This document shows, piece after piece, positions 37,501 through 45,417 of a stretch of 64,000 nt of DNA (its first letter is position 1; the number at the start of each line of letters is the position of its first letter). Both the position numbers and the translations under genes were made by a program. The notes under the pieces were generated by a model, which searched no databases, was not told where the DNA came from, and worked only from the letters and a program-made list of their open reading frames with translations. Source of the DNA: an uncultured Gemmatimonadales bacterium (GTDB lineage Bacteria > Gemmatimonadota > Gemmatimonadetes > Gemmatimonadales > GWC2-71-9); assembly GCA_963771275.1 (NCBI GenBank), contig CAVYSW010000003.1:1792001-1856000 (forward strand), read 5' to 3'.

Positions 37501-38265
37501 GTGAGCGGCGGCCGGATCATCACGCTGCTTACCGATTTCGGAACCCGGGACAGCTACGTTGCCGAGATGAAGGGGGTCCTGCTCACGCGGACCCCTGATG
37601 CCGTGCTCGTGGACGTCACGCATGAGATCCCGCCCGGGGACGTGCTCGCCGGCCAGTACGTGCTGGCGCGCACCTGGTCGCGGTTCCCGTCGGGCACCGT
37701 GCACCTTGCCGTGGTGGATCCCGGCGTCGGGGGCGAGCGCCGCGCCCTCGCGGCGGCGGTCCAGGGACACGGCTTCATCGCGCCGGACAACGGGCTGTTG
37801 ACGCCGGTGCTGGTCGGTGCCACGGTGGTCGCCCTCCCGGAGCCCGCCGGCGCCGCGCCCACGTTCCACGGGCGAGACCTGTTCGCGCCGGCCGCGGCGG
37901 CCCTGGCGTCGGGGACGGCGATCGAGACGCTCGGCGCCACGATCCACGACCCCGTGCGCCGCTCGCCGCCCGAGCCGACCGAGCGGGATGGCGCCATGAT
38001 CGGCCACGTGGTCTACGTGGATCGCTTCGGCACCTTGGTCACGAACCTGCCGGGCGCGGCCGCCGCCCGCGCCCGCGTCGTGTGGATTGGGGCGCACACG
38101 ATCGGACCCGTGCGACACTCGTTCAGCGCCGTGCGCCCAGGGGTCCCGCTCGCGCTGGTGGGCTCGGGTGGCGCCCTCGAGATCGCGGTCCGCGATGGCT
38201 CGGCCGCCGACACGCTGGCCGCGCAGGTCGGCATGGAGGTCCGGATCCCGCTCAGCGATTCCTGA
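37501..38265 (+). CDS. SAM hydroxide adenosyltransferase (DUF62, fluorinase/chlorinase family)
   Basis: ITLLTDFG, VVDPGVG, APDNG, TFHGRDLFAP, VDRFG. Confidence 0.92.
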   Translation: MSGGRIITLLTDFGTRDSYVAEMKGVLLTRTPDAVLVDVTHEIPPGDVLAGQYVLARTWSRFPSGTVHLAVVDPGVGGERRALAAAVQGHGFIAPDNGLLTPVLVGATVVALPEPAGAAPTFHGRDLFAPAAAALASGTAIETLGATIHDPVRRSPPEPTERDGAMIGHVVYVDRFGTLVTNLPGAAAARARVVWIGAHTIGPVRHSFSAVRPGVPLALVGSGGALEIAVRDGSAADTLAAQVGMEVRIPLSDS

Positions 38266-38283
38266 GGGGCCGAACCCGAGGTC

Positions 38284-38742
38284 CTACCCCTTGATCTCGG
38301 ACGTGCAGTTGGGACAGCGCACCGCCTTGATCGGAATGCTCGTGTGGCAGTACGGGCAGTCCTTCGTGGTCGGCGCGGTCGCGGCAACGGGTTCCGGCCG
38401 CTGCAGCTTCATCATCGCCCGGATGATGAGGAACACCGAGAACGCGACGATCAGGAAGCTCACCACGCTGTTGACGAACAGACCGTAGTTGACCGTCACC
38501 GCGCCCGCGGCCTTCGCGGCGGCCACCGACGCGTACGGCCCGGCCTGGGCCCCTTCCCTGATGGTAACGAACAGGTTCGAGAAGTCCACGTTCCCCAGCA
38601 GTACGCCGATCGGCGGCATGATGACATCGTCCACCAGCGACTTCACGATCGTGCCGAACGCGCCGCCGATGATGATCCCGACCGCCATGTCCACGACGTT
38701 GCCGCGCATGGCGAATGCCTTGAAGTCCTTGATGAAGCTCAC
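38284..38742 (-). CDS. mscL: Large-conductance mechanosensitive channel with C-terminal CxxC-CxxC
   Basis: FKAFAMRGNVVDMAVGIIIGGAF; CPYC...CPNC tail. Confidence 0.95.
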   Translation of the reverse strand: MSFIKDFKAFAMRGNVVDMAVGIIIGGAFGTIVKSLVDDVIMPPIGVLLGNVDFSNLFVTIREGAQAGPYASVAAAKAAGAVTVNYGLFVNSVVSFLIVAFSVFLIIRAMMKLQRPEPVAATAPTTKDCPYCHTSIPIKAVRCPNCTSEIKG

Positions 38743-38872
38743 GATGCCCTCCGTCGAGCCGGGTGGCGAAACGCGGAAGCCGGCACGCAGCCGGCCTCCA
38801 GGGGACTGAATGGGGTGAGTATGCGCCGCGCGCGCCGGGGCTGTCCAGGGGCCCCCGGAGCGCGCGGCACCG

Positions 38873-39319
38873 TCAGCCGGCGCTGAGCGCTGCTGCCACT
38901 CGCTGCAGCCGGGTCCGCGCGTCGGCGGCGACCTCGGCGAAGACCGGATCGTTCTGGAAGCCGCCGCTCGCGAGCATCGCCTTGGGATCTGCGATGCGGG
39001 CGATGCTCCCGCCGCCCGCCGGATCCGCCTCCACCGTCACGTTGCAGGGAAGCATCAGGCCGGCCTCGGCGTCGTGGGCCAGGGCCCGATGCGCCAGCGG
39101 CGGGTTGCACGCGCCGAGAATCGCGTACGGCCGGAACTCGACGCCGAGCTTCTCCTTGAGAGTCGTATGCACGTCGATGCGGGTCAGGATGCCGAACCCT
39201 TCGGCCTTGAGGGCCGCCGTCACCTTCCCGATGGCGCCGTCGAACCCGTCCCGCAGACGCGCCTCAAATGCGATCGCTGAAGGCACCGCTTGCCTCCGTG
39301 TTTTGGGGTCTATCGACAA
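38873..39319 (-). CDS. DUF302 family protein
   Basis: GFGILTRIDV, ILGACNP, GLMLPCNV. Confidence 0.88.
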   Translation of the reverse strand: MSIDPKTRRQAVPSAIAFEARLRDGFDGAIGKVTAALKAEGFGILTRIDVHTTLKEKLGVEFRPYAILGACNPPLAHRALAHDAEAGLMLPCNVTVEADPAGGGSIARIADPKAMLASGGFQNDPVFAEVAADARTRLQRVAAALSAG

Positions 39320-39355
39320 TTTAGCGCCGTTCCTCTCCGGTCCGCATTCTGCCTT

Positions 39356-39874
39356 CTAGAGGTAGCGCTCGCGCAGCACCCGCACGTGGTGGCGCTCGTG
39401 GCCGGCGACGATGTAGGCGATGGCGCGCACCGTGAACTCCCTGCCGTTGGCCGTGCCGCGGCGGAGCAGCGCCTCGTCGCTCAAGCCGCGGAACAGGGTG
39501 AGTGTGGCCGCGCGCACCGTCTCCAGCTCGCGCGCCAGCTCGCCCAAGGGTCGCGTGTCGAACCCCGCCGCGGCCACGTAGTCGTCCTCCTCGAAGCCCG
39601 GGAGCGGCGCGCGCTCGCTGCGGGAGAAGCAGAGCGCGCGGTAGGTGAAGATCCGCTCGGTATCGCTCAGGTGCCCAACGACCTGCTTGATGCTCCACTT
39701 GCCCGGCGCGTATCGGTGCATGGCGCGGGACGCCGGGAGATCGCGGAGCAGGCCCTGGGTCTCCCCCATCTGTCGCTCGAGGATCGCGAGCACGTCTCCG
39801 GCTGGGACTGCTCCGACGTACCCGCCGAAATACGGCGCGTACTCGTCAGCAGCAGGGCGCGGGATGCCGGGCAT
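39356..39874 (-). CDS. DinB-family protein
   Basis: YAPGKWSIKQVVGH, ERIFTYRAL, GHERHH. Confidence 0.9.
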   Translation of the reverse strand: MPGIPRPAADEYAPYFGGYVGAVPAGDVLAILERQMGETQGLLRDLPASRAMHRYAPGKWSIKQVVGHLSDTERIFTYRALCFSRSERAPLPGFEEDDYVAAAGFDTRPLGELARELETVRAATLTLFRGLSDEALLRRGTANGREFTVRAIAYIVAGHERHHVRVLRERYL

Positions 39875-39940
39875 GGGGGAGGTCCTTTCGGAGGAGCGAG
39901 ATGCGGATCGGGGGCGGTCCCCTCGGAATCCTGAATAGTA

Positions 39941-40455
39941 TCAGCTATCGGCCTTGGGCGAATGGGCTATCCGCCAACGGCCATCGGCCACTGCCCCTCG
40001 TTCCCCCCGCAACCGCCTGATCTCCTCCAGCACCTCGATATCGGCCGCGTCCTGCAGCATCCGGTTCGTTTCGAGGCGATCAGGTGATCAATGGAAGCTG
40101 CGGGAATCTCCACCCCTTCCACCGTGAAGACCGTCGCATCTCGCCGGACCTCGGGGTAGTGCACGCGCCAGGCCACGGTGAGGATGTCCACTCGGGGACT
40201 GTCCCCGATGATCGTCACCGGCTTGGCGACGATCTCTTGCGCCAGCCATTCGCGCGCGAGGCCGAACCCGACCTCCCCTAGGGCCGCGAGCACGCGCCGG
40301 GCATTCTCCTCCGTCTTCTCGATCAGGATGTCGATGTCGCGGGTCGCGCGAGCGTGGCCCCAGAGTTGGAGCGCCGCCGCGCCCACGAGCACGTAGTGCG
40401 CCTCGTGGCGATTGAGGCGGGAGCAGAGGTCTGCGAGCCGCGTCGCGTAGGTCAT
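39941..40455 (-). CDS. Nucleotidyltransferase (DUF6036-like); apparent frameshift near 40062
   Basis: YVLVGAAA, RATRDIDIL, LIASKRTG; the expected LQDAADIEVL follows in a shifted frame. Confidence 0.72.
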
Positions 40456-40637
40456 CCGCCCGCCGCCTCTCGCCGCTTCCATGCGAGGTAGTCTTCGAAG
40501 CGATCGAACGTCAGGACACCGGTCCAGCGCGCGGGCGGCGTTGCCGCGGCCTGCGCCGTGTGTTCGGGGCGCCGTGGCAAGGCCGGGCCGGCCGCCATCC
40601 GGTTCCCCGCGGCTCGGCCCGCGGGGCCCCAACGCAC
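40452..40637 (-). CDS. Small hypothetical protein coupled to the nucleotidyltransferase
   Basis: ATGA overlap; C-terminal VLTFDRFEDYLAWKRRE; start uncertain. Confidence 0.45.
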   Translation of the reverse strand: MRWGPAGRAAGNRMAAGPALPRRPEHTAQAAATPPARWTGVLTFDRFEDYLAWKRREAAGG

Positions 40638-40686
40638 GACGGCCCGCCGGAAGGCGGGCCGTGGTCACCATGGGGGCGGAGCCTCG

Positions 40687-41541
40687 TCACCGCACCCAGG
40701 TCACCTCGATGTTGCCCAACACCGCCTTGATATCGAGCGCGACCTTCACTGGCGCCGCGTCGTAGTCCGGGGTGAAGTAGGCGGAGCCGCGCTTCACGAA
40801 TCCCGCGCGGTCGACGGCCGCGAGGAAGTGATCCACGTCGAGCCGCACGCCGAGACCCTTGGGGATGTGCAGCTGGATCTCGCCCAGGGCGACGCTCATG
40901 GTAACGTGCGTGTCCTGACCCGCCGGCCAATCGCCCGTGAAATCGAGCACCATCTGCCCCACGCCGCCCTCGAGACTGATCGCCCTGCACCGGCTGTTCC
41001 CGAGGTGCTCGACCTCGAACTGGGCCGCACCCACCTTGAAAGAGAGGTCGCTGCAGGCCACCCGGTTGGGCGTGCTGAACGCGACCGTCGTCTGGCTGGC
41101 GCCCGTCTCGATGTGGGCGCTGCGCAGCGACAGCCCGCCGAGCTCGAGCTCCGCCTGGGCGGCGCCGAACTTGAGCGCGAGATCCACCGGCGCGTCGGGG
41201 CTCACGGCCAGGTCAAGGCGCTGCTGGGAGGGATCGAAGTCCTTCCGGTTGACGTGTCCGCGACCCGAGAGGTTGACGTCCAGGGCGTGCGCCTCCGCCC
41301 GATAGGCGATCGTCGGATCGAATCGGTCCTCGTCGTACGTCACGGAGACGCGGTAGAGCTGCTTCGCGTTTCCTGGGGCGAAGCGGAACTGCCCGGCGGC
41401 GTACACCACGTTCACCGCGAGCGGTGCGCTGCCCTCGAGCCGACGCGCCTCGGTCCTCGTCTGATAGGACTGGGCCGCCAGTCCGGCCGGCCCGACCGCC
41501 AGCACCAGCAACGCGGCGGCCAGGCCGCGCGGGCGGGTCAC
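40687..41541 (-). CDS. Secreted toast-rack / LiaF-LiaG-like beta-solenoid protein
   Basis: Signal peptide; LKFGAAQAELELGGL, IETGAS, LEGGVGQMVLDFTG repeats. Confidence 0.7.
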   Translation of the reverse strand: MTRPRGLAAALLVLAVGPAGLAAQSYQTRTEARRLEGSAPLAVNVVYAAGQFRFAPGNAKQLYRVSVTYDEDRFDPTIAYRAEAHALDVNLSGRGHVNRKDFDPSQQRLDLAVSPDAPVDLALKFGAAQAELELGGLSLRSAHIETGASQTTVAFSTPNRVACSDLSFKVGAAQFEVEHLGNSRCRAISLEGGVGQMVLDFTGDWPAGQDTHVTMSVALGEIQLHIPKGLGVRLDVDHFLAAVDRAGFVKRGSAYFTPDYDAAPVKVALDIKAVLGNIEVTWVR

Positions 41542-42791
41542 TGCTTCCTCCCCCCAAGCCACTCGGCTGTCGAGATCTCGGGGCCCGGCTGCTCGTACAG
41601 CGTGGCGGGCGGAAGCGCGGGCGGCACGAACCGCCGTCCGAAGGTGGTGCGAACCCCGCCGCGGGTGAGCAGCGCGGCGCCGAAGCCGGTGGTCGCGAAG
41701 GCCCATGTGGTCACCGCGGCGGTCCAGGTCATCACCGGCCCCGCGACCGGCACCCAGCCGAACACGGCGGCCGGGAGCCACACGGCGAGCACGATGCCCA
41801 GGCCGGTCGCCACCGACCGCAGAATGCCGAATCCCTCGGTCCCATGGTCGCCGTGCCGGCGCAGCATCCACGCGGAACCGGCGACCCGGGCCACCGCGAG
41901 ATAGCCGCCGAGCGCGGCGGCGAGCAGGGCCGCCAGGAACGCCACGATCGCCACCGGGATCACGAGCACTCCCACGACCGTCACCGCCAGGGCGACGAGC
42001 ATGGCCGCAAACGCCGGGAGGATGAGCGGCTGGGCGAACAGCCCCACGAAGAACGAGCGCGCAAACGAGGTGTGCACGGCGTCCGCGATCACGTCGAGCT
42101 GCCGTCCGGCGAAGAAGCTGGTGCCGAAGGCGATGGCGCACAGCGCCACGAACGTGCCGAGCAACCCGAACATGGCGTTGGCGGCGCCGGCGAATGGAGC
42201 CAGGGCACGAGTCTGCATGCCGGGCTCGGGCAGCTCGCGCAGGCGGATCCGCGGCTCCACGCGAATGCGCGAGACGGCGTCCCGGACCCGCTCGGCAACC
42301 ACCAGCGCGCTGTCGCGGGCCGCGGCGATCGCCTCGTCGGCGCCGGCCAACGCCGGCGCCACGTCTGCAGGTGGTGCGGGCGGAACGGGCACGACCTCGG
42401 CCGCCTGCAGTCCGGCAAGGTGCCGGCCGATCACGCCAAGGGCCCGGGCGTCGTCGCCACCGAGACCGCGCACCTGCCACTGGTGGAGCAGCGCTACCGC
42501 CTGATCCGTCGTCAGGCTGGCCGTTCGGCCGAGCACCTCGCGCCACTGCCGATCCAGCGCGCCACCCGGCTGATACCGGCCTGTCTGCACGCCGTCCACC
42601 AGCACGGCGCCGTTCCGAAGCGCGATCCGGAGTGAGCTGCCGTCGGCGAGATCGAAGCCGGCGGTCGCTTCCCGTGAAGACGTCGTGACCGAGTATCCCA
42701 CGACGTGCTTGTCCTGGCCGGCCGCCACCCGGGGCGGCAGCCCAGCCGCGATCGCCAGGCCCACGAGGGCCACAAGGTCACTGCGTCGCAT
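41538..42791 (-). CDS. Membrane protein in ECF sigma operon
   Basis: Signal peptide plus several C-terminal TM helices, GFGAALLTRGG. Confidence 0.7.
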   Translation of the reverse strand: MRRSDLVALVGLAIAAGLPPRVAAGQDKHVVGYSVTTSSREATAGFDLADGSSLRIALRNGAVLVDGVQTGRYQPGGALDRQWREVLGRTASLTTDQAVALLHQWQVRGLGGDDARALGVIGRHLAGLQAAEVVPVPPAPPADVAPALAGADEAIAAARDSALVVAERVRDAVSRIRVEPRIRLRELPEPGMQTRALAPFAGAANAMFGLLGTFVALCAIAFGTSFFAGRQLDVIADAVHTSFARSFFVGLFAQPLILPAFAAMLVALAVTVVGVLVIPVAIVAFLAALLAAALGGYLAVARVAGSAWMLRRHGDHGTEGFGILRSVATGLGIVLAVWLPAAVFGWVPVAGPVMTWTAAVTTWAFATTGFGAALLTRGGVRTTFGRRFVPPALPPATLYEQPGPEISTAEWLGGRKQ

Positions 42792-43305
42792 CGATTGTAC
42801 CCTTCGACTTTGCGGGTTCCGCCATCAGCCACCACATGACGATGGCGCTCACCATCACCACGATTGCGTAGGCGATTACCAGACCGCGTACCGGAAGGCC
42901 AGACGCCGCGAGCCACTCCCGTGCGGCGGCCAGGTCTTGCCCGGCCGGGAGCAGGACGGCGTCGGTCAGCCACCGCTGCCCGGCGTCGAGCACCTCGCGC
43001 AGCGACCAGCCTGTGCCACGGCTCACCACTCCACGGTAGCGGATGCCGGCGGCGATCACGGATCCCCACGCGGCCGCCGTCACCACGGAGAACGTGGCGA
43101 GGATCGTCCAGCCTGTGACGCCGCTCACCAGTCCGCGGGCGCGATCCCGCAGCGCCTTGAGCCAGCGCGGCAGCGGGACCCGGACCCGACCGATGATGCG
43201 GTCCTCGAAATCCCGTCGCGGACTGAAACGCCCCAGCCCCCCCAGCCAACGGTCGACTGCGGGGTCTTCTTCGAGGGGCACGGGTACCTGTGGTTCGTTT
43301 CTCAT
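42778..43305 (-). CDS. Putative membrane anti-sigma factor
   Basis: Directly after the ECF sigma; FSPRRDFEDRII motif then TM helices. Confidence 0.6.
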   Translation of the reverse strand: MRNEPQVPVPLEEDPAVDRWLGGLGRFSPRRDFEDRIIGRVRVPLPRWLKALRDRARGLVSGVTGWTILATFSVVTAAAWGSVIAAGIRYRGVVSRGTGWSLREVLDAGQRWLTDAVLLPAGQDLAAAREWLAASGLPVRGLVIAYAIVVMVSAIVMWWLMAEPAKSKGTIDATQ

Positions 43306-43368
43306 ACCTGCCCACCTTACGGGGCCGATGCGATCAGGTTTCAGCGGGCGCGGGCCCCCGCGCCATGT

Positions 43369-43971
43369 TCAATCCCGCAACGGACCGAGTGCGGCGCGCA
43401 GCTCCGCACGCGCCCGGTGGATGTACGTCTTCACAGTTCCCAGCGGCAGACCGAGGATCTCGGCGATCTCTTCGTACGCCCGGCCTTCCACGTGGCGCAG
43501 CATGATGCAGGAGCGATACTCGGGGCGCAGGCGGGCGATCGCCCGCTCGATGTGCGAGCCGAGTTCCCGCGCTTCCAGCTCGTCGAGCGGCGACTCGGTC
43601 CGATCGCGCACCTGGAGTGCGGTGGCCTCCTGACGCGACGTCGTGAGGGCGTCGGGCGCGCCATCCAGCGAGAGCGTGTCCAGCTCGCGCCGGCGCAGGT
43701 GATCGATGGCGGCGTTGTTCGCGATCTTGAAGATCCAGGACGAGAACTTGTGCTCGGGGCGATACGAGTCGATCGCGTTGAGCACCTTGATGAACGTCTC
43801 CTGCGCGAGGTCCTCGGCCAGCTCCCGGTCGCCGACCATGCGGTAGATGATCGAGAAGATCGGGCGCTGATAGCGGCGGATCAGCTCGCGGAACGCGGTC
43901 TCGTCGCCATCCTGCGCCCACGCGACGACCTGCTGGTCCGCCGCGAGCGAGAGGTTCCAGGGGGCCGTCAC
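43369..43971 (-). CDS. ECF RNA polymerase sigma factor (SigW/RpoE-like)
   Basis: AEDLAQETFIK, FSSWIFKIANN, YEEIAEILGLPLGTVKTYIHRAR. Confidence 0.95.
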   Translation of the reverse strand: MTAPWNLSLAADQQVVAWAQDGDETAFRELIRRYQRPIFSIIYRMVGDRELAEDLAQETFIKVLNAIDSYRPEHKFSSWIFKIANNAAIDHLRRRELDTLSLDGAPDALTTSRQEATALQVRDRTESPLDELEARELGSHIERAIARLRPEYRSCIMLRHVEGRAYEEIAEILGLPLGTVKTYIHRARAELRAALGPLRD

Positions 43972-44077
43972 GGGGCGCGGCCCTCACGGCCGCCGTCGCG
44001 CGCCGTTCGTCCGGGGCGCACGACGCGCCCGCGATCTGCTTGCGGCACGTTCAAACCGGCCGGTATCTTTGGCTCCT

Positions 44078-44806
44078 ATGCCGGAAGCGCCGCTGGGCAC
44101 ACGCCTCGTGGCCGGCGACGCGAAGCGGTCGTACGTGCGGGACATGTTCACGGCCATCGCGCCGCGCTACGACCTGCTGAACCATCTGCTCTCCCTCAAC
44201 ATCGACAGGGGATGGCGGCGCCGGGCGGTGCGCCGGCTTGCCTGGGAACGGCGGGCGGACGGCACGTTCCTGGACGTGTGCGCCGGCACGCTCGACCTCG
44301 CGGCCGAGCTGGCACACCAGGCGTCGTTTCACGGTCGGGTGGTCGGCGCCGACTTCGTCGTGCCCATGCTCAAGCTGGGTCGCGACAAGGCCCGCGCGCT
44401 GCGTCCCGTCGGGGCGGACGCGCTGCGGCTGCCGTTCCCGGACGCCGCGTTCGACGGGGCGACGGTCGGGTTCGGCGTGCGCAACCTCGCCGACCTCGAC
44501 GCCGGCCTGCGGGAGCTGCGACGCGTCCTGCGGCCCGGCGGTCGCCTGGTCATTCTCGAGTTCACGCTCCCACCTGCCTGGCCGGTTCGGGCGGTCTATC
44601 TCGCGTACTTCCGGCACCTGCTGCCGTTCGTCGGCCGACTCGTGTCCAAACATAGGGACGCCTACACCTATCTGCCAGATTCCGTGCTGCGGTTCCCGAC
44701 TCCGGAGGGGCTCGCCGAGCGGATGGGGCACGCGGGGTTCAGCGAGGTGGGCTTCGAGCGTCTCACGTTCGGCATCGCCGGACTGCATTGGGGAGCGGCC
44801 CGGTGA
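44078..44806 (+). CDS. menG: Demethylmenaquinone methyltransferase (MenG/UbiE)
   Basis: MFTAIAPRYDLLNHLLS, LDVCAGT, FGVRN, AYTYLPDSV. Confidence 0.9.
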   Translation: MPEAPLGTRLVAGDAKRSYVRDMFTAIAPRYDLLNHLLSLNIDRGWRRRAVRRLAWERRADGTFLDVCAGTLDLAAELAHQASFHGRVVGADFVVPMLKLGRDKARALRPVGADALRLPFPDAAFDGATVGFGVRNLADLDAGLRELRRVLRPGGRLVILEFTLPPAWPVRAVYLAYFRHLLPFVGRLVSKHRDAYTYLPDSVLRFPTPEGLAERMGHAGFSEVGFERLTFGIAGLHWGAAR

Positions 44807-44931
44807 AGCGGCCCAAGCCGCCGGTCAAGCCGCCGCGCCGGCCGGGGCGTCCGGGCAAGCGCGGGCCCCCGCCTCCGGGGCCGCCGCGCCATCCGGTGCG
44901 CTCCCCCACGCCCAACCGGCGGGGGCGCTGA
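44803..44931 (+). CDS. Putative 42-aa Pro/Arg/Lys-rich small protein
   Basis: GGAG upstream; GTGA overlap with the menG stop and TGATG overlap with the next start; MKRPKPPVKPPRRPGRPGKRGPPPPGPPRHPVRSPTPNRRGR. Confidence 0.5.
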   Translation: MKRPKPPVKPPRRPGRPGKRGPPPPGPPRHPVRSPTPNRRGR

Positions 44932-45410
44932 TGCGGATCGGCGTGATCGCGGACACGCACGGCCTGCTGCGCGACGCGGTGTTCGAGGTGTTCGCCGAGG
45001 TCGATCACATTCTCCACGCGGGCGACGTGGGACCGGCCGATCTGCTCACCGAGCTCGCAGCCCTGGCGCCGGTCACGGCGGTTTTCGGCAACACGGACGG
45101 ACCGGCGATCCGCCGGCGGTGCTCCCAGGTGGCCCGGCTCGAGCTCGACGGTCTGTCCGTGGCCGTGACGCACGGCGACCAGTTCGGCTCGCCGACCCCC
45201 GCCATGCTGCACCGGGCCTTCCCCGACGCCGACGTGATCATCTATGGCCACACGCATCGCCCGCTGCTCGAGCTGGTGGATCGTACCGTGACCGTGATGA
45301 ACCCGGGTGCCGCCGGCCCGCGGCGATTCGACGTCATTCCCTCCGTCGGCATCATGGAAACCGAGGCGGGCCTCCCGCCCCGCGCCCGACTGGTCCCACT
45401 CGACGAGTGA
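44931..45410 (+). CDS. Metallophosphoesterase (YfcE/MJ0936-like)
   Basis: ADTHG, HAGD, GNTD, THG, GHTH, NPG. Confidence 0.92.
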   Translation: MRIGVIADTHGLLRDAVFEVFAEVDHILHAGDVGPADLLTELAALAPVTAVFGNTDGPAIRRRCSQVARLELDGLSVAVTHGDQFGSPTPAMLHRAFPDADVIIYGHTHRPLLELVDRTVTVMNPGAAGPRRFDVIPSVGIMETEAGLPPRARLVPLDE

Positions 45411-45417
45411 TCTGCCC

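Noticed and set aside
37501..38265. Fluorinase/chlorinase marking a halometabolite cluster
   Set aside because: It has the TFHGRD motif typical of DUF62 SAM hydrolases and a housekeeping context with no biosynthetic genes.
40687..43971. ECF sigma operon as a novel system
   Set aside because: It fits the familiar SigW/Lia-like envelope-stress layout (sigma, anti-sigma, membrane protein, toast-rack protein).
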